DNA of 64,000 nucleotides from an uncultured delta proteobacterium (lineage in GTDB: Bacteria; Myxococcota_A; Polyangia; Fen-1088). The position numbers were made by a program, and so were the translations under genes. Each line of letters begins with the position of its first letter. Positions within the stretch are counted from its first letter, which is position 1. Below, piece by piece: positions 1-8,718 of the stretch. Location: positions 31,759-95,758 of the forward strand of contig CAWCMR010000003.1 in the NCBI GenBank assembly GCA_963796685.1, read 5' to 3'. Under the pieces are notes generated by a model. That model did no database searches. It was not told where the DNA came from and saw only the letters and a program-made list of their open reading frames with translations.

Positions 1-631
1 GCGCGAGGCGGGTGTGCTCTTCATTCGCTACGACGACAAACAGGATCCCGTGGTCAGCGACAAGGGGGGGCTGGCGGTCGACGTCGTCGACGCCAGCAAC
101 GGTCGAGAAATCACCTTCAAGCCCGACCTGGTGGTTCTGTCGACCGGCATCGCACCGGCCGCCGACAATCCGGTCATCTCGGGTCTTCTGCGCAGCGCCT
201 TGACCGCCGATGGCTTCTTCCTGGAAGCCCATCCCAAGCTGCGCCCGGTGGATCTGGCGAACGAAGGCGAGTTCATCGCCGGGCTCTGCCACTCGCCGCG
301 CTTCATCGACGAGACCATCGCACAGGCCAAGGCCGTGGCCGGGCGCGCAGCCACGGTCTTGTCGCGCGCTTTCCTCGATATCGCCGGCCAGGTGGCCAAG
401 GTCGACCCCACCGACTGCGTGGCCTGCGCCACCTGCGTGAAGGTGTGTCCGTACGGCGCACCCATGATCAACGACTTGCACAAGGCCGAAATCCAAGTTG
501 CCAAGTGCATGGGCTGCGGCTCGTGCACGGCGGCCTGCCCGGCCCATACCATCACCCTGCAACACCAGGAATGCACCCAAGTGACCGCCATGCTCGACGA
601 ATTGCTCGTCGGTGAAGGAGCCGCGCAATGA
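1..631 (+). CDS. hdrA: Heterodisulfide reductase subunit A-like flavoprotein, C-terminal part (5' end outside the window)
   Basis: GFFLEAHPKLRPVD and GLCHSPR motifs; C-terminal 2x[4Fe-4S] ferredoxin (CVACATCVKVCP, CMGCGSCTAACP). Confidence 0.9.
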   Translation, partial: REAGVLFIRYDDKQDPVVSDKGGLAVDVVDASNGREITFKPDLVVLSTGIAPAADNPVISGLLRSALTADGFFLEAHPKLRPVDLANEGEFIAGLCHSPRFIDETIAQAKAVAGRAATVLSRAFLDIAGQVAKVDPTDCVACATCVKVCPYGAPMINDLHKAEIQVAKCMGCGSCTAACPAHTITLQHQECTQVTAMLDELLVGEGAAQ

Positions 632-1098
632 GCGAGCTTGTCCCCCAGACGACGACCAGGCCCAAATCGGCCGGCAACGACCAATGGGAGCCGGAGATCA
701 TCGCCTTCTGCTGCAACTTCTGCGCCTACGCAGCCGCCGACCTGGCCGGCTCGCGCCGCATGCAATACCCGTCCAACGTGCGCGTGATGCACGTGCCTTG
801 CACCGGCAAGATCGAAATGGAGCACATCCTGTCGGCCTTCGAAAAGGGCATCGACGGAGTGCTCATCGCCGGGTGCCTGGAAGGCGGTTGCCACTTTCTG
901 GAAGGTAATCTGCGCGCCAAGAAGCGCAGCGAGTATTTGCGCGAGATGCTGGACCAGATCGGCGTGGGCCGCGAGCGCCTGCGCATGGTCAACCTGTCGG
1001 CCGCCGAGGCGCCGACCTTCGTCAAGCGCGTGAAGGAAATCGTCGAGACCGTGAAAGGCCTGGGTCCGAATCCCCTGAGAAAGAGTGGAACGCCATGA
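628..1098 (+). CDS. mvhD: MvhD-like [2Fe-2S] hydrogenase delta subunit
   Basis: FCCNFCAYAAADLAG, PCTGK and GCLEGGCHF motifs; ATGA overlap with hdrA. Confidence 0.92.
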   Translation: MSELVPQTTTRPKSAGNDQWEPEIIAFCCNFCAYAAADLAGSRRMQYPSNVRVMHVPCTGKIEMEHILSAFEKGIDGVLIAGCLEGGCHFLEGNLRAKKRSEYLREMLDQIGVGRERLRMVNLSAAEAPTFVKRVKEIVETVKGLGPNPLRKSGTP

Positions 1099-1763
1099 TC
1101 GTCGCCAGCCCCAAACCCGTCACCGAGCTGAAACAACTCATCGACCGGCACAAGAAGGTGCTGTTCGTCGGCTGCGGCACCTGCGTGACCGTGTGCCTGG
1201 CCGGCGGCGAGCGTGAAGTCGGCATCGCCGGCTACGCCACGCGCATGGCGCGCAAACTCTCCGGCCAACCCATCGAGCTGGAGCAAGTCACCATCGAGCG
1301 CCAGTGCGAAAACGAGTTCATCAAGGATCTGGCCGACCCCATCGCGCGCGCCGAGGCCGTGGTCTCGTTCGGCTGCGGGGCCGGGGTGCAAGCCATCGCC
1401 GAGCGCTTCCCCAACAAACCCGTCTACGCCGGCCTCAACACCAACTTCCTCGGCATCCTGGAAGAGCAAGCCGTGTGGACGGAGAAGTGCATGGCCTGCG
1501 GCGACTGCATGCTGGCCGAATTCGGCGGCATCTGCCCCGTCACCCGCTGCGCGAAGCACATGCTCAACGGCCCGTGCGGCGGCAGCACGACCGATAGGTG
1601 CGAGGTCGCGGAAGATCGTCCGTGCGCGTGGCAGCTCATCTACAAGCGCCTGAGCGCCATCGGCCAGCTCGACCGCCTGGAAAAGATCCAGCCGCCCAAG
1701 AACTGGAGCCTGGCGTGGTTCGGCGGGGCGCGCAAGCTGGTGCGGAACGAGCACCGGGTTTAG
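1095..1763 (+). CDS. metV: MetV, methylenetetrahydrofolate reductase accessory Fe-S/Zn subunit
   Basis: GCGTCVTVC, RQCE, CGAG and CMACGDC...CP..RCAK..LNGPCGG..C...CAW motifs; ATGA overlap with mvhD. Confidence 0.88.
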   Translation: MIVASPKPVTELKQLIDRHKKVLFVGCGTCVTVCLAGGEREVGIAGYATRMARKLSGQPIELEQVTIERQCENEFIKDLADPIARAEAVVSFGCGAGVQAIAERFPNKPVYAGLNTNFLGILEEQAVWTEKCMACGDCMLAEFGGICPVTRCAKHMLNGPCGGSTTDRCEVAEDRPCAWQLIYKRLSAIGQLDRLEKIQPPKNWSLAWFGGARKLVRNEHRV

Positions 1764-1904
1764 GACAACCTCAACCATTCAGATGCGCAAGGCGAATTCG
1801 CAGAAGAACTTCGCTGCGTGGCTACTGCATTGCGAACGACGCAGTGGTATGTCGAGATACGTTTTTTCGTGGCTCTTGCAGGTTTTTCGGTAAGACTCCC
1901 CAAA

Positions 1905-2561
1905 ATGCCGCGAACCAGGACTCCGACTTGGGCGACCTCGCGTCACCCGACAAGCCCGAAGGGATGGCTCGGTATCGTGTTGGCCGCTGCGCTGCCGGTC
2001 GTGATGGCCACCCCGGCCCAGGCCGCGTGGGGCGTGCCTTGCCCGCTTCCGAAAGTCCTCTCGGCGCCTCCGGATCAGTCTTGGTTGAGGGATGTCCCGG
2101 AGAAACCTGGAGATCACCTGCGGGGCAGGGTCGCGGTCTTCGTCTTCAAGGGGGACGATGTCTTCGAGCCCGTGCGAGCCGCCGTGGTGCGGGCGCTTCG
2201 CAAGCAACACCTGAACGTGAACGCGGGGTTGCGGCCGGCCGACACTCCCGCCCAGTACCGCGAGATGTCCTATGCGTCGCACCTGGCGGTGTTCATCGAT
2301 GGCGAGGTCATCGGTCAAGGCGCCCGGCAAACCGTCATCCTACGGCTGCGTAGCGGCGTGACCGGCCAGTACTTTACCTCGGCCAAATTCTCGGGGACTA
2401 CGCCGTCGCTTGTCGGCGCCATCGGGGGCACGCTGTGGGCGCGGGTCGGCTCGGCCATCATCCGTTCCTGCTCGAGCGCCGCCAAGCCACGCCGACGTGG
2501 AGCCGAGCCGACGTACATCGACGCTAGCTCGTCGTCGGATAGCCCTCTCGTAGGTTTGTAG
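1905..2561 (+). CDS. Secreted hypothetical protein
   Basis: Signal-peptide-like stretch ending AQA; ATG at 1905 within ORF 1818..2561. Confidence 0.6.
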   Translation: MPRTRTPTWATSRHPTSPKGWLGIVLAAALPVVMATPAQAAWGVPCPLPKVLSAPPDQSWLRDVPEKPGDHLRGRVAVFVFKGDDVFEPVRAAVVRALRKQHLNVNAGLRPADTPAQYREMSYASHLAVFIDGEVIGQGARQTVILRLRSGVTGQYFTSAKFSGTTPSLVGAIGGTLWARVGSAIIRSCSSAAKPRRRGAEPTYIDASSSSDSPLVGL

Positions 2562-2565
2562 CCGC

Positions 2566-3288
2566 CTACTTCGTGCAGGTGTCCTCGGCCATGGGCTGGT
2601 AGCCCTTGCCCTGTTCAATCTCGACTTTGTGATAGATCTGCCCCGGCCCCCTCTTGGCCAAGGTCTCCCGAATCTTGACCTTCACCCCCTTGAGGAAGCC
2701 TTCTTCGGCAAAGGTGACCGAATCACCGGAGATGGCGCCCGCGCCCATCATGGCCGAGCCTACGCTGTCGTAGCTGAGGAAGGTCGCTTGTTTGGTGCCG
2801 GTGGCGTAGCTGATTTGGAACACGCCGCTGGTCGCGGAGGTGATCGTCGTCTTGGCCAGCTTGAATTCGCCGTGCCAGGAAAACCCGCCGGGCTCTTTCC
2901 TGATGGTCATGTCGGTTCTTGCGTTCGGCGGTTGCGAGCCAGGACCCATGGATCCCGCGGCGAACTTCGTGTCGCACTTCCAGCGGCCTTCGAGCCCCTT
3001 CATGAAGGTCGCGAGCTCTTTGGATGGAAGGTGCGGCGCGGCAGGCGCAGCCAGGACGGCGGCGGGTGTGGAGGCTGCCGACCTTGCTGGCACGGACACC
3101 TGCGCCCCGGGCTTCGCGGGGGTTGGGGATTCCTCGAAGGGATCTGCTGAAGACTCGGCCCTCGCGGCAAATGCGGGCGCGGAATGATGCGCCGCCCTCG
3201 CGGTGGGCGGCCCCGCCATCGCGATGGATCCGTTTGAAGACACGGCCAAAACAAAGAACAGGGATGGAAGGGCGCCTCTCGTTGTCAT
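2566..3288 (-). CDS. Secreted protein with C-terminal DUF1579-like beta domain
   Basis: Signal peptide, Pro/Ala linker, then LEGRWKC and YDSVG motifs. Confidence 0.6.
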   Translation of the reverse strand: MTTRGALPSLFFVLAVSSNGSIAMAGPPTARAAHHSAPAFAARAESSADPFEESPTPAKPGAQVSVPARSAASTPAAVLAAPAAPHLPSKELATFMKGLEGRWKCDTKFAAGSMGPGSQPPNARTDMTIRKEPGGFSWHGEFKLAKTTITSATSGVFQISYATGTKQATFLSYDSVGSAMMGAGAISGDSVTFAEEGFLKGVKVKIRETLAKRGPGQIYHKVEIEQGKGYQPMAEDTCTK

Positions 3289-3481
3289 CAGAGCTCCTGT
3301 TGCTGGTCCGCTCGACCATGGTCCGGCGCGCATCCATAGTCCATCCTGAACATCGGTCAGGCTTTCAGCTCGGCGCTCCGCGGCATCGCTGTGCTTGCCG
3401 GGGATCACAGTGGGAGGTGAGGTCTATGCGCCAAGTGGCATTGGGGCTATTCTGAGAGCGGACCACTTGAAGGGACGCTCT

Positions 3482-3973
3482 ATGACCTATGGCCGACGGC
3501 TTGCGCTCGCACTGCTCATGTTTCCGGCATGCGATGGCGGGGGAACCGACACCAGCGGGCCGCCCATGCCCCTGCTCACCGCCCAAGGCACGGCCTCGGT
3601 GGCGGGGCAACCCGTCGCGCTCGCCTATGGTGCCTCCAAGGTGTTTGCCACCTCGGGCACCGTCCTGGTGGCGATGAGCGACATCGAGATGAACTGCACG
3701 ACCTTCGCGGTCACCCGTCCCCCCAACCACGGGACCTTCGTCTCGGTCGAGGTCCCCAGCGCGGACAAGGGGGTCGCCAGCGAGAGCTTCGTGAGCTTCG
3801 ATGTCTTCGTCAACGGCGACTATGCCGACGTCGGCGGCGGCTCGAATACGGGAACCGTCGAGGTGCTGGACTCCAGCGACAATACCATCACGCTGCGGGT
3901 AGCCTACCGCGACACCATCCAGAACGCCGAGCTCGTGCTCAACGGCGATTACGGCGTCACCCGCTGCCCGTAG
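3482..3973 (+). CDS. Hypothetical lipoprotein
   Basis: MTYGRRLALALLMFPAC lipobox-like N-terminus; GC3-biased codons. Confidence 0.65.
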   Translation: MTYGRRLALALLMFPACDGGGTDTSGPPMPLLTAQGTASVAGQPVALAYGASKVFATSGTVLVAMSDIEMNCTTFAVTRPPNHGTFVSVEVPSADKGVASESFVSFDVFVNGDYADVGGGSNTGTVEVLDSSDNTITLRVAYRDTIQNAELVLNGDYGVTRCP

Positions 3974-3975
3974 GA

Positions 3976-5685
3976 CTACAAGCTCCACTTTCCCGAGCCA
4001 AAGTCGATTCCGGAGCTTCCGAGTTGCTCGAGCTTCAATTGCGCCAATGCCTTTTCACGGCGTTGGCGAACGAACTCGGCAATACCCAGCACTTGAAGGC
4101 CGCTGACGGCGCTAGAACCCGAGGCGTCCAATTGCTGATCCGAGATCGCGTGACGATAGACTTCGTCATTCGTCCAAGGCCGCGCGGTGTCGGGTGGACC
4201 GAACGGCGATTGCGATTCGAGGTACACCGTCTGCTCGAGACGCTTCCAAAGTGCGCCGCGTTTCTGCGCGAACCAATCAGGGGTAAATCGCTCTTCGAGG
4301 AACCAAGCGATGAAGTCGCAATAGTAAGCACGAAAGTCGGGGTTCTCCAGGACTCGCTTCGCGAGCACGATATTCCCCAATTCCGTGCCTCTGAACAGGA
4401 TGTCCTTCTCTTGCCAATTGCGCTTCTGGCCTGGCCAACTCAGTCCCAGGACGCTATCCATGTCGTAGGCGCAGAACGATACAAACGGCGTATGGGCCCC
4501 AGGGGTTGCGTCCGATAGTGCGATGTGTAGGATGTAATTCTGAGCATTGAGATAGTAGTTGTCCCAAGCACCCAACAGGTTGATGGTGGCCATCGTCCGC
4601 AAAAAGGTCGCGACATCGAAGATCTTCAGCAGGCTATTGGCGAAGGCGCTGCTCTTGGGATCGCCACTGTTGTGCAGCACGTCGATGAATTGGGCCAACA
4701 CGTCGTATTGCGTGTCAGGCGTGTCCAGGCGTGGCTCATAGGTTCGCGACGACGGTCTCGTACCAGCAGTGAAATAGGCGGTTCCGCTCGGGCCGCGGTT
4801 TGCAAGGGTGGCGCCACCGGCAATTTCGCCATATTGGCCGCGAAATACGGCACGCTCACTGACGCCAGGAAAGAGCCCGCTGAAGAAGTACTCGTCCGGA
4901 GGCGGCATGGCAACGTAGGTTCCGTGGTAGACGCCGTCGAGGGTCATCTCCGCATAGGCGCTCGGCTCTGCCGGACACCTGGCTTCGGCCATCAACGCCC
5001 AGGCGAGACGAACCCGTTCGTATGCGGGGTTACGGATGCAGTTCAACAGGTTGACCTGCTTGGGGAAGCCGGATGCAGCGTCACCGTCGAGCGCCACGCA
5101 CAGATTGATCTTGCGATCCCAGCGGCTTGTGTTGCCGCGGCGCTTGACCGACACCTTGTCGCCCTTCAGAGACTGAAACGTCCCGTTGGTATCGTCGGGC
5201 CGCTTGTCCGCGTGTTGACCCAGCGCTGTTTCGAAGAACGTGAGCGTCGCCGTGGGGTCTCCTTTGACCACGGCAGGGTCATGCTTGGCGTCGTCTTTCC
5301 AAAGCGCATCGACATCGATACCCGTGATTTGAACCACGAGGATGGTGGGTCCATTGGCGCCGACTTCGTCGAACAAGGTCGCGCGATTGGCCTGCGCCTT
5401 CTTCCAGTCCGCAACGACCTCGCCGGCCCGAGATGCCTGACCCTTGCCATTTTTCAGTAGGAGTTTCCCGTTTGCGCTCGAGCCGGGAAGGGCCAAGAGA
5501 GCCTGATACGCCCGCTCGAAGGCGTCTTTCCCGCGGAGATACGAGCTCCCCGCGCCCGCGGACTGCTCCGCGATTTGCCGCGATTGCGATCCAGCCTCGA
5601 GGCCCAGAAGAAAGACGGATTGTACGTCGGCCCGAAGGTCTTTGGGTGCAGTGGCTTGGTTTGGCATAGGTTCCCCCTCAATCAC
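3976..5685 (-). CDS. CotH kinase family protein
   Basis: KRRGNTSR, WDNYYLNAQNY and YDMD motifs typical of CotH atypical kinases; start may be 5667. Confidence 0.75.
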   Translation of the reverse strand: MIEGEPMPNQATAPKDLRADVQSVFLLGLEAGSQSRQIAEQSAGAGSSYLRGKDAFERAYQALLALPGSSANGKLLLKNGKGQASRAGEVVADWKKAQANRATLFDEVGANGPTILVVQITGIDVDALWKDDAKHDPAVVKGDPTATLTFFETALGQHADKRPDDTNGTFQSLKGDKVSVKRRGNTSRWDRKINLCVALDGDAASGFPKQVNLLNCIRNPAYERVRLAWALMAEARCPAEPSAYAEMTLDGVYHGTYVAMPPPDEYFFSGLFPGVSERAVFRGQYGEIAGGATLANRGPSGTAYFTAGTRPSSRTYEPRLDTPDTQYDVLAQFIDVLHNSGDPKSSAFANSLLKIFDVATFLRTMATINLLGAWDNYYLNAQNYILHIALSDATPGAHTPFVSFCAYDMDSVLGLSWPGQKRNWQEKDILFRGTELGNIVLAKRVLENPDFRAYYCDFIAWFLEERFTPDWFAQKRGALWKRLEQTVYLESQSPFGPPDTARPWTNDEVYRHAISDQQLDASGSSAVSGLQVLGIAEFVRQRREKALAQLKLEQLGSSGIDFGSGKWSL

Positions 5686-6157
5686 GATCTCCGTAGAGCA
5701 ACTTCTGATGGTACCGTTTCAGGGACGCCGAGCTCGGGAACCCGTCGATTTGCCAGATTCGGTCGAACACATCGTCCTCCCAGTGGTCGGGCGCGTCGTG
5801 TACCCCCAGAGCGCGTGCGAACTGTGGAATCGTGCCGTGATGCCAGCAAATCACGATCCGCGCGTCTCGATAGGTTGGGCTCTCCGCCAGGATTTTGGCC
5901 CAGTGCTTGTAATCGGTATCCTCGAAGCGCGTGTCAATGGCGAGCCCAAGGCTTTCACTGAGCGGCTTGAGCGTGAGCGCGGGTCGATTGCTCTCGCGGC
6001 TGGCTTTCGTCGCGATCAGCTGGTCCGGTCGCCCAAAGTGATCGGGCAAGAAGACAGCGAGCGCGGCCGCTCGAATCCGACCTTTCAACGACAGATCCGC
6101 GCGATCGTTGTCGTCAGGCTTTTCCGCGTGCCGTAACAACACTATTTGAGCCGGCAT
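5678..6157 (-). CDS. Histidine phosphatase (phosphoglycerate mutase-like) family protein
   Basis: LLRHAEKP N-terminal motif, G..RA, RP..T and ICWHH. Confidence 0.8.
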   Translation of the reverse strand: MPAQIVLLRHAEKPDDNDRADLSLKGRIRAAALAVFLPDHFGRPDQLIATKASRESNRPALTLKPLSESLGLAIDTRFEDTDYKHWAKILAESPTYRDARIVICWHHGTIPQFARALGVHDAPDHWEDDVFDRIWQIDGFPSSASLKRYHQKLLYGDRD

Positions 6158-6401
6158 GGCAGCCCCCTTTTCCGTTCGTCATTGGCACATCGTCCTATCT
6201 TGACCCGTGGCGCCGCCTCCGCACTTTCCGATGCCGCAGAGGCAGTTCGGTTACAGCCGAAGACCAAATGGTAGTTGTGCCCATGTCCTGTGCGGAGCAG
6301 TGCTGGTGTCATCCCCCCACGGCGAAGCCATCGCGCGATTTCCCGCGCAAAAGAAAAGACGTGCCTCGCGCCGATCCTCGGACATTATATCGTTCCACGA
6401 T

Positions 6402-6848
6402 ATGATGACCTCAGACGAGCATCAAGCCCTGGCCGAGTTTCGCTACCAGATCCGCCGCTTCCTCGGGTTCAGCGAACGCGAGGCGCGGGCCGCCGGAATC
6501 GAGCCTCGGCAGCACCAACTCTTGCTTGCCATCAAGGGTCTCCCCGGTGGGCAGCGGCCCACCATCGGGACGCTCGCCGAACGATTGCAGATCCGGCATC
6601 ACAGCGCGGTGGAATTGGCGAACCGCCTGGTCGAAAAGCGACTTGTAACGCGGCGCCGTAACGACGTCGATGGGCGCGAGGTCCTGATCCAGGTGACCGC
6701 ACAGGGCGAACGGCTGCTTGCGCGCCTTTCCCTGGCGCACGGGAACGAGCTGCGCAGCGTAGGGCCTAGTCTGGTGCGAGCTTTGGAGGCAATCGTCGGC
6801 GAGCCAAGCGCGACCGGCAAGGGCGTCCGCGCGGAAAGGCGCCCGTGA
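6402..6848 (+). CDS. MarR family transcriptional regulator
   Basis: Winged HTH: LAERLQIRHHSAVELANRLVEKRLVTR...DGREV..T..G. Confidence 0.9.
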   Translation: MMTSDEHQALAEFRYQIRRFLGFSEREARAAGIEPRQHQLLLAIKGLPGGQRPTIGTLAERLQIRHHSAVELANRLVEKRLVTRRRNDVDGREVLIQVTAQGERLLARLSLAHGNELRSVGPSLVRALEAIVGEPSATGKGVRAERRP

Positions 6849-8695
6849 GCTCGCCGATGGGCAAGAAATTGCCCGCCGACCTCAGCGACTTCACAGCCAC
6901 CCGGCGGTTGATTCCCGTCACGCTGATGGCCATGGCCATCGGCGCCCTCGGCGCGTGGGTCGCGCTCGCGCTCCTCAGGCTCATCGGCCTTTTCACCAAC
7001 CTCTTCTTCTTTCAAAGGTGGGGAATCTCGCTTCTCTCTCCCGCCGCGAACACCCTCGGAGCGATCGAGATTCTGGTTCCGGTGGCTGGGGCGATCGTGG
7101 TGGGTCTCCTGGCTCGCTACGGCTCGGAACGAATCAGGGGTCACGGCATTCCCGAGGCCTTGGAAGCCATCCTGCTCCAGGGCAGCCGGGTTCAGCCGCG
7201 CGTCGCCTTGCTGAAACCCATCTCGGCCGCCATCTCCATCGGCTCGGGCGGCCCGTTCGGCGCCGAGGGGCCGATCATCATGACGGGAGGGGCCTTCGGC
7301 TCGTTGATTGGCCAGATGTTCCGCCTGACCAGCGCCGAGCGAAAGACCTTGCTCGTCGCGGGTGCCGCCGCGGGGATGGCCGCCACCTTCGCCGCGCCGA
7401 TTGCGTCCGTCTTCCTCGCGGTGGAGCTTCTGCTTTTCGAGCTCAAGCCAAGGAGCCTTATCCCGGTGTCGCTTGCCAGCGCGACCGCGATGGTGATGCG
7501 CCAACATCTGCTCGGTCCCGGGCCGATCTTTCCCGTTCCGGCCCACGCCGCGCTCACGGACCCCAAGGCTCTCGCCGGGTGCGTCCTGGTTGGGCTCCTG
7601 GCCGGGATGGTGTCGGCGCTCATGACCCTGTCGGTGTACGCGGCGGAGGATCTCTTCAAGAAATTGCCTATCCACTGGATGTGGTGGCCGGCCATCGGCG
7701 GCCTGGCCGTAGGGCTCGGCGGCTTCATCTGCCCGCGAGCGCTCGGGGTCGGCTACGAGACCATCGACGGTCTCCTGCGAGGGGCTCTGCCCGTGCGGGA
7801 GATCGTCACCCTGATGGTCGTGAAGTGGGTCATCTGGTCCATCGCCCTGGGTTCGGGAACATCCGGCGGGGTGCTGGCGCCCCTGCTCATGATCGGAAGT
7901 GCGTTGGGCAGCCTGGCTGGCCTCGTCCTGCCCAGCGCAGGTGTCGGATGCTGGTCGCTCGTATGCATGGGCGCCATCTTGGGCGGTATGATGCGATCGC
8001 CGCTTACCGGTGTGGTCTTCGCCGTCGAGCTGACCGGCGATCATGGGATGTTTCTTCCGCTCCTGATTGCCGCCTCCGTGGCCCACGGTTTTTCCGTGCT
8101 GACCATGAAACGATCGATCCTGACCGAAAAAGTAGCCCGTCGTGGTCACCACCTGACCCGAGAGTATTGTGTCGACCCTCTCGAAGTCGCCTTCGTCCGC
8201 GATGTCATGGATACGGACGTGCTCGGGCTGTCCGCTGAATCGTCGCCCGCCGATGTCGTCGGCCTGCTCGAGGACGCGGGCGAGGCGAGAGACACGTTGT
8301 ACCCGGTCGTGGAGCCGGATGGCCGTCTCGCTGGCGTGGTGACCCGCCGACGGCTGGAAGACTGGGCCCGAGCGGAGGCCACGGGGCAAGGCCTGCACAC
8401 GGCGAGAGAGATTGCAACGCTGGCACCCGTGACGGTCCATCCTGACCAGCCGCTGCACATCGTCGTCCGACGCATGTCCGAGACCGGAAAGACCTGCATG
8501 CCCGTCGTGACGCGCGATCAGCCTGGGCTTGTGGTCGGGATGATCGCTCTTGCCCACACGCTCAAGGCGAAGCGTCGACACCTGGAGGAAGAACATCGGC
8601 GGGAGCGCGTCTTGCCCATCGCCTTTCTGCTGCCGCCCGCGCTGCGTCCGCCTTGGACGAGGCGCGCGACCCGTGCCCGTGATGGAAAAGCATAA
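6845..8695 (+). CDS. ClC chloride channel family protein with CBS pair
   Basis: GHGIPE, GGPFGAEGP and GSGTSGG motifs; multiple TM helices; C-terminal CBS domains. Confidence 0.9.
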   Translation: MSSPMGKKLPADLSDFTATRRLIPVTLMAMAIGALGAWVALALLRLIGLFTNLFFFQRWGISLLSPAANTLGAIEILVPVAGAIVVGLLARYGSERIRGHGIPEALEAILLQGSRVQPRVALLKPISAAISIGSGGPFGAEGPIIMTGGAFGSLIGQMFRLTSAERKTLLVAGAAAGMAATFAAPIASVFLAVELLLFELKPRSLIPVSLASATAMVMRQHLLGPGPIFPVPAHAALTDPKALAGCVLVGLLAGMVSALMTLSVYAAEDLFKKLPIHWMWWPAIGGLAVGLGGFICPRALGVGYETIDGLLRGALPVREIVTLMVVKWVIWSIALGSGTSGGVLAPLLMIGSALGSLAGLVLPSAGVGCWSLVCMGAILGGMMRSPLTGVVFAVELTGDHGMFLPLLIAASVAHGFSVLTMKRSILTEKVARRGHHLTREYCVDPLEVAFVRDVMDTDVLGLSAESSPADVVGLLEDAGEARDTLYPVVEPDGRLAGVVTRRRLEDWARAEATGQGLHTAREIATLAPVTVHPDQPLHIVVRRMSETGKTCMPVVTRDQPGLVVGMIALAHTLKAKRRHLEEEHRRERVLPIAFLLPPALRPPWTRRATRARDGKA

Positions 8696-8718
8696 ACCGC
8701 CTGCAACGGAGGTGGACC

